A stretch of 63,718 nucleotides of DNA, filler included, from Folioceros fuciformis (Eukaryota), in assembly GCA_049999805.1 (NCBI GenBank). It is 7 parts of 7 records of this genome, joined end to end, with 100 filler letters (N's around TTAATTAATTAA, not from the genome) between each part and the next. Parts side by side here need not be neighbours in the genome. Positions count along the whole stretch, not along the records: positions 6,645 to 18,391 come from JBNGIO010004186.1; positions 18,492 to 31,594 come from JBNGIO010004188.1; 5 more parts are not named here. One strand, given 5' to 3'. Both the position numbers and the translations under genes were made by a program. Below the pieces are notes generated by a model. The model was given only the letters and a program-made list of their open reading frames with translations, did not search any database and was not told the origin of the DNA. Below, piece after piece: positions 12,876-25,272 of this stretch (position 1 is the first letter of the stretch; each line of letters begins with the position of its first letter).

Positions 12876-13586
12876 TTTTTTTTTTTTTTTTTTGAGTTTT
12901 GGTTGAATTCTATGAGGAAGTAGTTAGAAAATTAGGCTAGGTAGGTCGGTCAGGACCAGGGTAGTGATTGTGGGTGAGAGGTGAATGGGTAGGTGGTTCT
13001 TATGGGTAGGGTGTGAGTGAAGCCCTAGGGCTATGCGGATGAAGGCGAGCCGGGCTTTTCCTGGGAGCGTGCTGGTGGTCCTTTTGGGGACGAAGAGGGA
13101 CCGCGGGGCAAGGGCCCTGGTGCGGGGAAGGCTGGGTGCGTACAACCTGGATATGGCATGGCCGTTAGTGGATCGGATGCTACGAGCAAGCATGACCAGT
13201 TACCTACAGTTCAAGGTGGTGGAGGGGTCATACCTCTAGACACCGGGGGGGGGGAGGGGGGACCTGGTCACGGTGCCCGCCTTGCAAGCTGAGGTTTTTC
13301 AAGATCAGTCGTTGAGCCTGGTTAAGAAGCGGCCGAAGCTGCTCGGATTCGGATGGGGCAGGGATACGATGTGCTCTCCATCAAGCACAGGCCTTACAGA
13401 CCACCCGGAAGAGGAGCAGGCTGCTGGAAAGGAGCAGGCTAGGCAAATTCTAGCTAGTCATCGGAGGAAGTGGCAAGTTGTGGACACGAATGACATGTAG
13501 GAGGCGAGGGATGCCCGAGGAAAGGAGATTGTGGCCCATTGGAGGATACCAGGAGAGGTGTGCAACCGGCTGGGGGGGCCTAGATG
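12876..13586 (-). mobile_element. Possible degenerate LINE 3' end with poly(A) tail
   Basis: A T-run at about 12876-12893 (poly-A on the minus strand) abuts a GC-rich decayed coding-like stretch; no clean RT motif seen. Confidence 0.3.
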
Positions 13587-14312
13587 NNNNNNNNNNNNNN
13601 NNNNNNNNNNNNNNNNNNNNNNNNNNNNNNNNNNNNNNNNNNNNNNNNNNNNNNNNNNNNNNNNNNNNNNNNNNNNNNNNNNNNNNGAACGGATGGGGGA
13701 TTACAATTCGTGGGGAGGTGTGACCGAGCCTGAGGGTCGAGAGCAATGGCGATGGGCTGGGTCTGGTTGTGACCTAGCCTGTGATGGCAGGTATCAGCCT
13801 CGTCCACTTGCCCTTGCAGCTGCTGCTGCCCCTATCGCCAACATCATTCGACACTACTGCCGATCGTGCTCTAAGCCGGCTTACAGACCAAATGACAATG
13901 ACGGGTGTCTAGTTCATGCACTCGAATTGAGCTGGCTAAACATGAAGATGTAGTCATGGCGGACAATTCGACGGAGACATTCATCATGCCAAAATCGGAA
14001 GGCAGTATGGTCATAGGCGGCTGTCAGCGTTGTCTTGCAGGTGGCTGGATCGCGGCAAGTAGGCGGGCTGGCGGGAGGGCAAACTGGCAGGGTCCAGGCA
14101 GTGTTGCTGGCAAGATCTAGGGGGGCACTACCAGGCAGGCGGCTGGCATGGCAGCTAGTAGGTCGGGGCAGACCTGTGGCAGGCCGGGGTGAATCCATGG
14201 CAAGCCGAGCTGAATCCATGGTGGGTTGGCTAGATCGGGCCAGGCAGGCAGGCGGGCCAACCTGGCCAGTTGGCTCTAGTCGGCAGGCGGCTAGCACCCA
14301 AGCGGCTAGTAG

Positions 14313-14562
14313 TGATGAAATATATCTAGGTTAGGGCACCTCACTTAAATTATCTAGGGCATAAAGTAGTTACTTAATTAGTTGCTCTAGGTAGTTAATT
14401 GTTATATTAGTTAGCTGTTATGTTAGTTGCAACTACCTATGGTTACAACAACTTATAGTTGTAACCACCTAACCACCTAGCCTATATATAGGCTTGTACT
14501 CTTTACTTTCTTAATTCAATTGCATTGTATCTCTTCTGCCTAAGAGCTATTGATTCTCATCA
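14313..14562 (+). repeat. 5' LTR (~250 bp) of a copia element
   Basis: TGATGA...TCATCA termini, internal TATATATA, directly followed by a PBS. Confidence 0.75.
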
Positions 14563-14574
14563 TGATATCAGAGC
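14563..14574 (+). promoter_or_regulatory. Primer binding site (tRNA-iMet type, variant)
   Basis: TGATATCAGAGC versus canonical TGGTATCAGAGC. Confidence 0.85.
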
Positions 14575-14768
14575 ATGTAGCTCTCTATGCTTAAGCTCTA
14601 TGCTTCCTGTTGCTCAATGCTATTCTAAATCTCTTCCATTGTCAACAATGCATTGCAAGGACTTCATTCTAGGCAGCAATCGAGCATAGCATCAAGTGCT
14701 CAAATGATGCAAAATTTGTGCATCCAACTTCTCTTTGCTCTCCATGGATTCTTGTAATCCTAGCAAGC

Positions 14769-15305
14769 ATGGAAGAAAGGAGGAAAGTCAAGACTCAGAG
14801 AAGGAGGCGGCAACAAAAGGACTTCATAGAAGTTTCATCAGAGGACTTTACTCTTTACTCCCCTACTGAACATGATTTGCTTGGAGTCCATGTTTGTAAC
14901 TTAATATTTGCCCTCCTCTCCAAGTCCAAACATAGAGCGAAGTCCATCATATTTGCTAGAAAGACCTTGCTCTCCACACTTAGTCTTTACCAATTAGGTG
15001 CTATTGAGTCCGCAATTTCTCAATTCATCAAATCAAAGACAAGAACTTTCTTCCCTAATCCAGATAAATTACAGCAATCACTTAACACCATCAAATTAGA
15101 AGCTATCCAAATACATACTTCAATTGATGAGAGATTGAATTACCTCAAGCAAGAGATATATTTAATCTCCAAAGCTGTTGAGAAACTAATTGTAGCAGAG
15201 GTTGATATTGCTAACTCTTCTGTCTGGAGCAATACATATACTTGCAATAAAACAATGAAAAGAAGTGCAGCACATGCTTGCGCTTTACTCCCAAATTCGT
15301 CATGA
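14769..15305 (+). CDS. Extra ORF between PBS and gag (basic N-terminus, coiled-coil C-terminus)
   Basis: MEERRKVKTQRRRRQQK...LQQSLNTIKLEAIQIHTSIDERLNYLKQEIYLISKAVEKL; lies inside the element, upstream of gag. Confidence 0.55.
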   Translation: MEERRKVKTQRRRRQQKDFIEVSSEDFTLYSPTEHDLLGVHVCNLIFALLSKSKHRAKSIIFARKTLLSTLSLYQLGAIESAISQFIKSKTRTFFPNPDKLQQSLNTIKLEAIQIHTSIDERLNYLKQEIYLISKAVEKLIVAEVDIANSSVWSNTYTCNKTMKRSAAHACALLPNSS

Positions 15306-15361
15306 GGACTTCGTGTCAAGCACAACCCAGCTATCTTCATTAATTTTGAACATCACCTACA

Positions 15362-15710
15362 ATGTATGAGGAGCAAGTTATTGACGAGGTTACACAGTCT
15401 GACGAGGACGCCGAAAAACTTAAAAGATGGCTTGCTGAAGAAAGAGCCAAGTGGGAAGAAGAGTGGAAAAGAAAGACTTCTGTCTCTCCACATTCAACTA
15501 TGGTTTATGGAGAAGGCTTTAAGGAGAAAGATAGATTAAATGGAAAAGGATATGATGTTTGGCAACTACGTGCCAAAGGAGTATTGCGACAACGTGACTT
15601 AAGGGATATCGTTAGTGGTGATATTGATTGTCCCCTTTGGAATCAAGATTCTAAAGCAAACTGACAATAAAGCAATTAGAGAGCATAGCGATTCTAGGAT
15701 TAGTTCTTCA
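15362..15710 (+). mobile_element. Copia gag N-terminus, truncated by an opposite-strand copia
   Basis: FKEKDRLNGKGYDVWQLRAKGVLRQRDL; ends at the LTR of the 15711-18170 element. Confidence 0.8.
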
Positions 15711-18170
15711 TGTAGTTTGCAATAATATAATAAAGGTCAAAGTTTTCTTATTAGTATTTCTGCTTAAATAGTAGCTTGCGTGCCTAACCGTTTCACCCTT
15801 AACGGCGTGCCGTTTTGTCCGCGTTTACCTAACACTTATGCTTAAGCATGGTTATGGGTACTAAGTGTGCTTCTAACACCCCCTCTTAAACCGGACGTTA
15901 ATGGTGTTAGGTTTAGGGCAGGCGCCGCCGTACTCGGAATGACCTGGGTGCAGAGTAAGGCGCCGCCTCATTCTTTGAGTGCGAGGCTGAGGGTTCACGG
16001 CGGCTGGCGGTGGGGCTTTTGCGCCATCTTGGTAGACACGAGCTGTGAGTGACTGGCGATCATGTGGAGCTCGTCGTGGGCAGCTGATGCTACAGGATAG
16101 TACAGAGCGGTGTTGTCGTTGTTTGGCCGAGGTCGCCTTTGTGGGGGCTTACCTTCCAAGACTTGGGAGTCGGTGTGAGGTGTGCGACGTTGCCATTGCT
16201 TGTGTTTGAGTGCTCTTCCTGCAACCTTTTCCCTTCGCGAGCTTGCACGCAGTGGCTTGAGGAGCCTAGCTGATACGTATGAGGAACGACTGCGTTGCTG
16301 CTATAGCCTCATCCGTCCGGTGAATGGGTTCTTGTGTTGGTGTTCTTGTCTGGCCCCAGCCTCCATTTGTGGTTTGATGTTCTGCTTGTGTGGCTTGCAG
16401 GTGCCGGGTCACGTTGTGTTGGCCGACAAGAGGGCGGTGGACATGTTCAATGCGAGAGTCGACTAGCGGGTGGCGTCTCGAGTTTTACCCCCTCTCATGG
16501 GCTGTGTCCTGTCAAGGTTCGAGATGGGTGGTGAAGTCACCCAGACCCAGCCCTCTCATGTGCAGGTAGTGGGTGTGCTTGGGCAGGCCCTTAGTGAATA
16601 TGTTCGCTGTGTTTGTCTCCGTGCTAGTGTAGCTAACCTTGATGATACCCCTGGACACCACATCGCGAATATAGTGGTGCTGTATTTTGATGTGTTTGGT
16701 TCTGGCATGGAAGGTCGGCCTTGCCACTAGCTCCAAGGCTGAGGTGTTGTCACATAGAATGGGAGTTGGGTCGGTCTGTGGGTGGCCAAGGTCTGAAAGG
16801 AAGCCTCTCTCCCATTCTGCCTCTTTGGCTGCTTCCATTAGCAATTTGTATTCGGCTTCGATGGAGCTAAGGGCAATTGTGGCTTGTTTCTTGCTGCTCA
16901 AGGTGACTGCTACGGATGTGAGCAAGAAGCAATAGGAGGAGGTGCTCCGTCTAGAGTCAGAGTCGGACGCCCAGTCTACATCTGAGAAGCCAGATAAGTT
17001 GAGTTGTTGTCTTTCGCTTCTCTGGTAGTTTGCTGTCCAGTGCGCTCTCCCGGGGCAGCCCAAGAACTGTGATGCAGTACTAACTGAGTACTGTATGTTA
17101 GGCCTGGTCCAGTTGGTGACGAAGATTAGGCTGCCGACGGCATGCCTGTAGGGTACACCTTCCATGTCCTTCAGCTCATTGGGCGTCTGTGGGCTCTGTT
17201 GGAGTGTCAGCTTGGTGCCCACTGCATATGGAGTGGTAGTGGGTCTGGCCTGATCAAGATGGAACTTCAAGAGGATCTCATTGATATACTTGCTTTGGTG
17301 GATAAACGGGATTCCAGCATCTCGTACGCGTAGGAGTTGGATGCCCAGGCAATATTTCAGTTCTCCTATGTCCTTCATTTCGAACCTCTTGTGTAGCTGT
17401 GCCTTCACTTCTACTAACAAGTTGTGGTTGTTTGTGGCAAGTATCAGGTCGTCAACGTATAAGGCGAGGAGTACGATGGAAGATCCTGTTGCCAGTCTAT
17501 ACACATTGGTGTCTGTAGCATTCTGAGTGAAATTAATGCTCAGCAAGTACTCGTGCATGGTGAGGTACTATACTCTCCCACTCTATTTCAGAGTGTAGAT
17601 GCACTTCAGTAGCCTTAACACTTTATGTGGGTGTGTAGGGTCTTGGTAGCCTTTGGGCTGGAGCATGTACAGTTCCTCGTCAAGGGCCCCATAGAGGAAG
17701 GCTGTGCATACGTCCATTTGCTGGAGGTCCAGGTCGAACTCTGTGGTGTAAGCGAGGATGAGGCGAATAAACTAGCTGCGAACTACGGGTGAGAAAGTTT
17801 CTTGGTAGTCCAGCCCCTCCATCTGAGTGAACCCTCTAGCCACCAGTCGTGCTTTAAATCTAGCAACTTCTCCCTTGGCATTCAGCTTAAGTTTGAATGT
17901 CCACTTGCAGGATATGGCCTTCCTGCCAAGCGGGAGATCAACAAGGGTCCAGGTATTATTCTTGATTAGAGACTTGTATTCGTCTTCAACTGCCGAACGC
18001 CATTGCTTGCACTCAGGGCTACTAAATGCCTGAGTGAGTGTCGTAGGTTCTTCAGGTAGCGGCCAGCCTGGGTTGAGTCTAGGGACGGCATGTGCCTTGA
18101 AGTCTATAGAGGCATAAGGTGGCTCCCTCCATTCAGATGGGGGGGGTCTGGTCTATGGTGCGTGGAACGG
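15711..18170 (-). mobile_element. Ty1/copia 3' half: RT-RNaseH, ~630-bp 3' region, PPT and 3' LTR (15711-15878)
   Basis: LYVDDL, DIGELKYCLGI, FSDVDWASD..SRRSTS, TKHIKIQHHYIRD, ANIFTKGL. PPT TTAAGAGGGGG precedes TGTTAG at 15878; the LTR ends ...CTACA at 15711. Confidence 0.92.
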
Positions 18171-18391
18171 TGCGGGAGTTCAGGCTCGTATTGGTAGAAT
18201 AAATAGGCTTATTATTATTATATCCAGCATTAATATTAATAGGACTAATAAGTACATAGATATGAATCGACTGATTCATATCGGCACACACAAGGGTCGG
18301 TGTGAACCTCCAAAGTTTGGGGTAGTAGTTTGTTTTGGTTGAAAAAGGGTTAATAGTGGTATGGTTTGGTTTTCTTTTTCAACTTATTTTT

Positions 18392-18491
18392 NNNNNNNNN
18401 NNNNNNNNNNNNNNNNNNNNNNNNNNNNNNNNNNNTTAATTAATTAANNNNNNNNNNNNNNNNNNNNNNNNNNNNNNNNNNNNNNNNNNNN
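18392..18491. other. Artificial contig-join linker
   Basis: N-TTAATTAATTAA-N; truncates the HSA32-like gene. Confidence 0.97.
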
Positions 18492-19224
18492 CTCCAGCTC
18501 TGAAACACCATTCCTCCGAAACCATCGGAGGGCTACCTTCCGCCGCCAGCTCTTCTGCACTCGTGTCACGGCCTGCGCCGAACTGGATCCCGAGCTCTGC
18601 CTTCGCCTTCAGGCCAGCATTCTTCACTGTCCTGATGAGCTGCAGATGGTCCTCTTCAGAAAGGCTGATAAAGCCCGTGCTCAGCTCCACTACGTCGAAC
18701 CCCAGCTCTTTGCACTCCTGCAATCACACGGCAACTGATGCAATGAGCAGACGTGATGTCATCACCATTGGCGCATGCACCCGCAGTTGCGGTCCGCTCA
18801 CACCATCGATCATTCACCTGTACATAAGGCTTGAAGAATTTCCATCCGTTGGCCAGCACATGCTCAGCCCAGCCTCCAGTGCTCACGTACACACCGTTCT
18901 CGTGAGCCAGCTCAGTGATTCTCTTCACCCCGTCCCTCGACATCAAACTGAAGGAGCCTCCAGCGAACTTGAGCCCGTCCACATAATGCCCCATGGTATC
19001 CAGAATGTCCTGATCAAGCGAGGTGGTCCTTCTGCGTCAGGAAGGTGTGTGCGTGCATTGTCTCTTGGACACGGAAGATGTTCAAAAAGCTCACCAACCT
19101 CCAGATATCGGGGTCCCATGACCGTGTAGTAAGGTCCTCGAATCTCCGTAATTCCATATGCTCGAGGCTTGTCTGGCCTCTCGCTCACATCCACAAAACT
19201 GCAGCACCGCGTCGGCCTTGGCAT
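18492..19224 (-). CDS. HSA32: HEAT-STRESS-ASSOCIATED 32 / phosphosulfolactate synthase (ComA)-like, 3'-partial
   Basis: Spliced RPDKPRAYGITEIRGPYY...|DILDTMGHYVDGLKFAGGSFSLM...AHENGVYVSTGGWAEH...|ECKELGFDVVELS...GLKAKAELGIQFGAG; cut by the contig end. Confidence 0.9.
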
Positions 19225-19453
19225 ACTTGCTTGTTCGCATCAGACACGACTCCTGAGTGGATGCACACGCCGCATCTCCTCTACCCGCACTCGCCTACAC
19301 AAAAACACACCTTGCGCACCCGGAACCCAAATAAACCTGTCCGTCCAATCCACGTCTGACCGCTTGCTCACTCTTCTATTGCCAGAGTCTTAGCGGAACC
19401 CCAGTGAGGTGGATCGAGTGGGCCCCGTAATTTATTTGGATTCCGAAACCCGC

Positions 19454-20900
19454 TCAAAAGCGAACTATCCTACTGCTGATCTGATGAGCCCTTGCCTGAA
19501 GAGGCTTCAATGGTCCATCTCCTGTAGACTTCCCCGCCTTGCCTGACTGCTTCGTTGGCTTGGAAGATTTTTTCTCATCTTTCCTGCTCTCGTTCTCCTG
19601 GTCGCTGACCACATCATCAAACGTCCCTGCTGGGTTATAATCGTCTTCCAAGTCGTCACCACTTGCGAACACAGTCCTCTTTCCTCCCCGACTGGACGCC
19701 AGAGCACCGCCTGCAGCTGGACGAAGGGACAGGCATGCAATGCAAATGGGGAATGAGTTTAGCGCGGAGAAGAAGGAAAGATACACTGCAGAACCAAAGT
19801 GATGAAACCACAGCCACCAACTTACAGATCTTCATCGCAGAACGACCAGCTGCCCCAGGCTTTGCTTTGCCCTTATCAGGACAGTCCTTCGCCAAGTGGG
19901 TAACCCCTCCACAGATTTTACACGAGCCGCCCTGCGAATGGCAGACCCCATCAATTATGGCTCATCTTCAAACTGGCTTCAAACTTCACAAAACCGGCGC
20001 AAGGTGGAGGAGCTGGAGGTGGAGCAGATTCCATGTTACCTTGGGATAAATGCCGTGTGTGTTGGAAGGACAGTTCTTGCTCAAATGACCTGTCCCCTTG
20101 CACAAGAAGCACTCTGCGAAGGACGTCCCTCCTTACACACGGCCATGACCGGACGGCAGATCAGTTGCTGGTGAGGCAACTTAGTTGAGCAAATGATAAC
20201 AAAAGACAGTGGGCGGAGGGTGGAAGAGAGGTTCACCATCCTTCAGCGGTTTCTTGCACTCAACCAGTCGGTGGCCTTTATTCCCGCAGTTGTAGCAGAA
20301 TTTGGCGTCTTGAGTAAACTCGTTCGGACAAGACTTCAACGTGTGACCCCATTGCCGGCAACCGAGGCATATCTGCGTGCAATCGAACAAGAGCATCATC
20401 AGCTTCGAGGCCATTCATTCAATGAAAGGAGCATCCTGGCCTTCACGAACTGAACCATGGCTCACCTTCTTCCGGTCCTGCGCAAATTTCTGAGGGCAGT
20501 CTTTCTCGATATGGTCCTTGGATTTACACATGAAACAGCCATCCCCTGGCTTCTGTCCGGGCATTCGCAGGGGATGCTTCCTCTTCACCTTCTCCCGCTT
20601 CTTGTTCTGGTCGTCTTTGCCATCAGGCATCCTGGCCGAACTCTCTGGCACTGGCTCTTGCCTCTTGGCATTCCCCTCGGTATCGGCCACTTTCGCGTTG
20701 CTCTTCAATTTCTTCCGTGATGCGGTTGTTCCGTCCTCTGCATTTCCCCGTTTCTTCCCGTGCTTCTCCTGTGCACTCTTGGCCGCAGCTGCACGATCCT
20801 TGTCCCCGTCCTCTGTCCTCCGTTTCAATGACTTCTCTACCCTCTCTGGGTGCAGCTCTTGGAAGCGCTTTTTGGCTAGCCGCTGCCGCTTGTTCGCCAT
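19454..20900 (-). CDS. Multi-CCHC zinc-knuckle RNA-binding protein (ZCCHC9-like)
   Basis: MANKRQRLAKKRF...KHPLRMPGQKPGDGCFMCKSKDH, CLGCRQWGH, CYNCGNKGH, CFLCKGTGHLSKNCPSNTHGIYPK, GGSCKICGGVTHLAKDCP across exons; stop at 19454. Confidence 0.88.
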
Positions 20901-21338
20901 ACCCCTGCCCGCACTCGCTTGCGAATGCCAGACTCCGAGCACAAGACCTAAAACCTCTTACACGAGATGATGTCGGGCCCCGCTAAGCCCTTCCTCCAAT
21001 TTCACACCTGCAAGTACGCGTGTGAACCTACGCCTCCTGATTGTACTAGCTTCAGTGTTTGTTGCCGTCGCGATTCCGAAACCCGTGAAGAAGAACACAC
21101 GACATTCTCATTTCTCCAGGCCTGTAGCCAGCCGTCTGCAAGATAATTCCTTGCACCACGATATGTATGTACAATCCGATATGCATACGCTAAGAAAGAC
21201 GGGAAGCCTCCATATATTATCTACAAAGATGCCTGATCCCATCCACACGGACACACTGCTAAAAGCGAGTCGGGAGTTGGGAGTTAGGATGTCTGCTGCC
21301 TCTCCTAGTGCACCTACTCCTTTCGCCTGTTGCTTCGG

Positions 21339-21950
21339 CTAAGCAACAGGCAGCAAGACTTCATTGGTCTTCATAAAGCTAAGAGTGAAAGGTGGGTTGT
21401 ATCTAGCCAAGATGGGGTCCCCAGTGACCGTATACCCTGCCTGCTGCAAAGCTTGCCTCAGCCTCTCCCGTTTCTTCTCCACCAGTTGCTCAGTTGCCGA
21501 GCCAGAGAAGGTGATCACGCCAAACTTCCTGCCAGGAACCTCCCTGATGGCTACAGCTTCATCCGTGGGCTTAGGAACATTTTGGAGGTTGTACTTGGAA
21601 GGCAGGATAAACTGCATCGTTATGAGTCCTCCCTTCTCTTCTGTCACGACTGGAGCAGTCATGGCAATCTTCTCTGCCTTGGCCTCCTGGGTGATGACGG
21701 GTGCTGTCATGGCGATCTTCTCTGCCTCCCCTTCCTTTCCCCCCGTCGACTTCACATTCTTCGGATTACCCAGAGCTCCTATGAAATTGGCCAGCGTCAT
21801 GAACGCTTTGCCCTCTTTGACTTGCAGTGGGTCGTACGAAGTTTCTGCAATCAGCCAAGGCTCGTACTCTCTTATCTCGTAGTCAGTTTCCTTGGCTGCA
21901 ACAGTGTACTTGGGAGTCTCTACAGTAATTCTGCCCAATACCATACCCAT
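21339..21950 (-). CDS. SOUL family heme-binding protein
   Basis: MGMVLGRITVETPKY...YEIREY...AFMTLANFIG..G.P.N...EKIAMTAPV (x2)...MQFILPSKY...LARYNPPFTL...TNEV; intact, single coding exon. Confidence 0.95.
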   Translation of the reverse strand: MGMVLGRITVETPKYTVAAKETDYEIREYEPWLIAETSYDPLQVKEGKAFMTLANFIGALGNPKNVKSTGGKEGEAEKIAMTAPVITQEAKAEKIAMTAPVVTEEKGGLITMQFILPSKYNLQNVPKPTDEAVAIREVPGRKFGVITFSGSATEQLVEKKRERLRQALQQAGYTVTGDPILARYNPPFTLSFMKTNEVLLPVA

Positions 21951-24900
21951 TTTGGAGAACGTAGTTGCTGGTTCCTGTCAACAACCCACTATCAGCACCA
22001 CATCTTTCGGTCTTTCCAACTCAACATGATTCTGCAACCCTTTACGACTCACACCGACCTCGGTGTGCCCCCGTTGTCTCGTCCACTCAGTCTCACACCT
22101 GTTGAATTCGATGAGGTACGGTTCAGCACGACCTGAGTGGGTGACATACATGCCCGCTCGCAGCTATCAAAGAAGCCACTCATTTTAGCCTGCCAGCTGT
22201 CTTCCCTATGTTTTTTAGTTATGTATATCTCTATATTCATTTACTTCAGTTTTTCAATGTCAGCACTTTCGATTACCTACCTCTAACGCACTAACTTCAG
22301 ACTTCCTAGTCCGAGAGAAACGTGGGTTCAAATTCAGTATAGTCATTGAGGAATAATCAAGTATGAAGTCCCTAGTATTTTCACCTCAATTTCTATTTCC
22401 TACTTTCTCCTCTTTTAATCATCTTCATGGCCAACACGCTCCCCCGTGTGGCATACCAATGAGTCTTGGGGTGATCAATTGAAACAATTGATCACCCCCA
22501 TGAGCTTTGACACTAGGATCCTGGAGTTTTTTGGAGATAGTATTGGCTGTGGTACCAAACCTGCATATATTATTGGTTGTGGTACCTTCAACTGTGATGT
22601 CATGGATCTTGCAAGGCAACATATGTGTCTTCCTATCTTGTTCGAAAGCATTGGCTAGCAAGCAATAGAGATATTGGCACCAGCGTCCTTTCAGAGGAGT
22701 TGGGAGCTTTCGACTCCCTGTTTGGCTTCTCATTTTCGTATCCAAGATTCTTGTGTGTTTGGAATCTTTCACCCTCGGAGTTGAGAAGGGTGCCCTCCCT
22801 TTGCAAGTGTTCCTAAAATCGACTAGGGGATACTCTGCATTAATTTTCATCTTTTCTTGCAATGGGTATTCAAGGGCTCCAAGCTTCTCGTCATGCAAAG
22901 AAATATAAGCAAGTGTAGCTCAATTCTCTTTGGGATTCTTCTATCTCTCAGCTCATTTGAGCGTGACTCCGTTCACGCTTGGGAAAGGGTTTAGGTGCTT
23001 GGGAAAGGGTTTAGGTTCTTGGCTTCACCTAGTATCTAGGCTTTCCGAATTGCACCAACCACATAACACATATTTGCTCTGCTCTATTGCATAATATAAA
23101 CGTAACACATGTCTTCACTAGTACATAGTGTAAATGTTTATCTTGCTACATAACGTGAAAGTCCACCTCCCAACAAAAATATGGCTCCTACCTCAAAACT
23201 TCACATCACCCTCTAATAGATACTTTATTTATTTATTTTTAGGAAAACTAGATAGGAAACCCTTCCACCCCTGAGAAGTTAAGACAAATAACCAAATGGC
23301 AACTGCAACACAAGGGACTAGCCCCCTTGCAAGGAATGTCAAAGAAGGGAGGACCACTCAAAGAAGGAACCCCTAGGTTCCTCCGAACTATCAGGTGCTC
23401 CGGTTTGGGCGTAATCAATGTCCGCTCCAGGCGTGGGTGGACTCTGAGGCTGATCAGAAGGTCACCCCCCGCAAGCGGTAGTGTGCACTCGCCATGCATG
23501 ACAGGATTCCCGGATGGCAATTCTTGTCCTCCAGCGAAATACATGCAAGGCGCCACGACACATCAACCATTCTATACGTTAAGAGTACAAATTTCTATTA
23601 GATTTGGTAACCTCGATGCATCACAATGCTCATTGCCAAGTGGGGCATAGGGTATTTCCAGTTCCCTGTACAAGTTGTCTTATTTTTTCACATGTTGCAG
23701 GAAGATGTTCATGATGTTCACTCGAAGAGGCCTAGGAGCATGCTCGCAAGTAGGACAAAGGCATTAGATTTTCGGGATGAACGCATTCCAGGTTGGAGCG
23801 TCCATGGCTAGAGTGAAGCATAAGTACCTTCAGCCCAGCTCATTTGGAGTAGGCAGCGGTAGCGCAGAAGGTGGAGCGCAAATGTTGGCAAATGCAACAC
23901 AAAGTGAGTCCTTGGAGCAAGGTTGCTTGCACAAGTTGATTGAGAATAAGAAAGACCTCTACGTGAGGAGGAATGGGGTGAAGCCAATGTGGACTTGGTA
24001 CCACATAATCCGTTGACGAGCAGAGACTGTGATTACTGCAGCATACAAGTTCGAGTCAATAGAGTTTCTCACAGTGTGGGTGAGGGGTCCAGGGCGATGG
24101 AATTTCCAACTATTGGAGGGGGCTATAGTGTCTTGTGCGAAAGCAGCGTTTACAGCAATGCATATCCACATTAGGGCTGCTGGTCCATATTCCCAGTTGA
24201 AAGAGCCCATGCCAGTGGAACTACGTCGATGGTGCGCAGCATGCCACCCTCATTGAGGGCCTGGCATTTTGGATAGGGCAAAGGACCTTGGGAGTTTGGC
24301 TACTGATGTTATCGAGGCTATGTGCAAGAAGTCCTTGAAGGCCTGCAACTACGTTGTTGAAGTTGGCACACAAGCTTCCAAACTCATGTTCACATGTTTT
24401 GCAATGGCGTCCCACTTCTTCATACTAGTGGTTGATCTGGAGCCAAGTTTCACAGAGGATCATACATTGCAAGCACGAAAGGAGATGGGGGAGCTAAACA
24501 TGAGGAAGGAGCTAGAGGATGATATGAGCAACAATATCTCGAAGACCAAGAAAGGGAAATTTGATCTGGTGAGAAATGTGGGACCACCATGGGAGGAAAA
24601 GTAGCATGTTTTGTAGACGGAGCCGCTTTGGACATGGTCAAGAAAATCACAAGGAGAATGACCATCATGAAAAAATTTGTTTCTCGAAACTGGTATGTAG
24701 GCCATACTCAAATGATGTTATTCATCTACAATCGATGAGATCATTTTGTTTGCTTCACTAATTTATGTGTGAACGTCTCAAACTCAGGGTTGTTGTAAAT
24801 GGTTTTGTAAAATAGGTGACGTGGCACAAATTACTGACTAGGTATGAGAGCCATATCATCCAATGATGACATGGCACTTCATAGGATGGGAGCCACATCA

Positions 24901-25109
24901 TCAAAATATGCCAAGTCATCATATGGTGACATGGCAAGAAAATTCCACGTCTGAATAACATACCACGTCATTGCTCGATGATGTGGTGTGTGCACATGCT
25001 CCTCCCCAAAACCATGAGCCCCAATGCTGAGTGGCCACAAGCCCCAATGCTGAGTGGCCACACCCACTATCGTTGTAGGCTTCTCTGGTCCGTCCCCGTA
25101 AGTGATTTG

Positions 25110-25272
25110 TATTAGGGTTATTCAATAAAGTCTAGTTAACCTCGCATGGTTAACATTAGGGTTACATTATAGAAGTATTTAAGACAATTTTTTTTGTTGA
25201 AGTTAATAATAATTCATTCTCTTGTGCACATGTGAGTTTGGTGTTCGAGAGCTTTCGCATTATTTATTTACA
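25110..25272 (+). repeat. 5' LTR (163 bp) of a copia element
   Basis: TATTAGGG...TTTACA (TG mutated to TA), followed by PBS TGATATCAGAGC (25273-25284). An inverted near-identical copy lies at 30564-30720. Confidence 0.9.

Noticed and set aside
14313-15878. LTRs at 14313 and 15711 as a second inverted pair
   Set aside because: The two LTR sequences are unrelated; simple nesting of different families.
15900-16510. Third copy of the WWP antisense ORF in the 15711-18170 element
   Set aside because: No matching motifs were found by eye in the frames examined.
21330-22136. 268-aa plus-strand ORF
   Set aside because: Antisense shadow of the SOUL gene.
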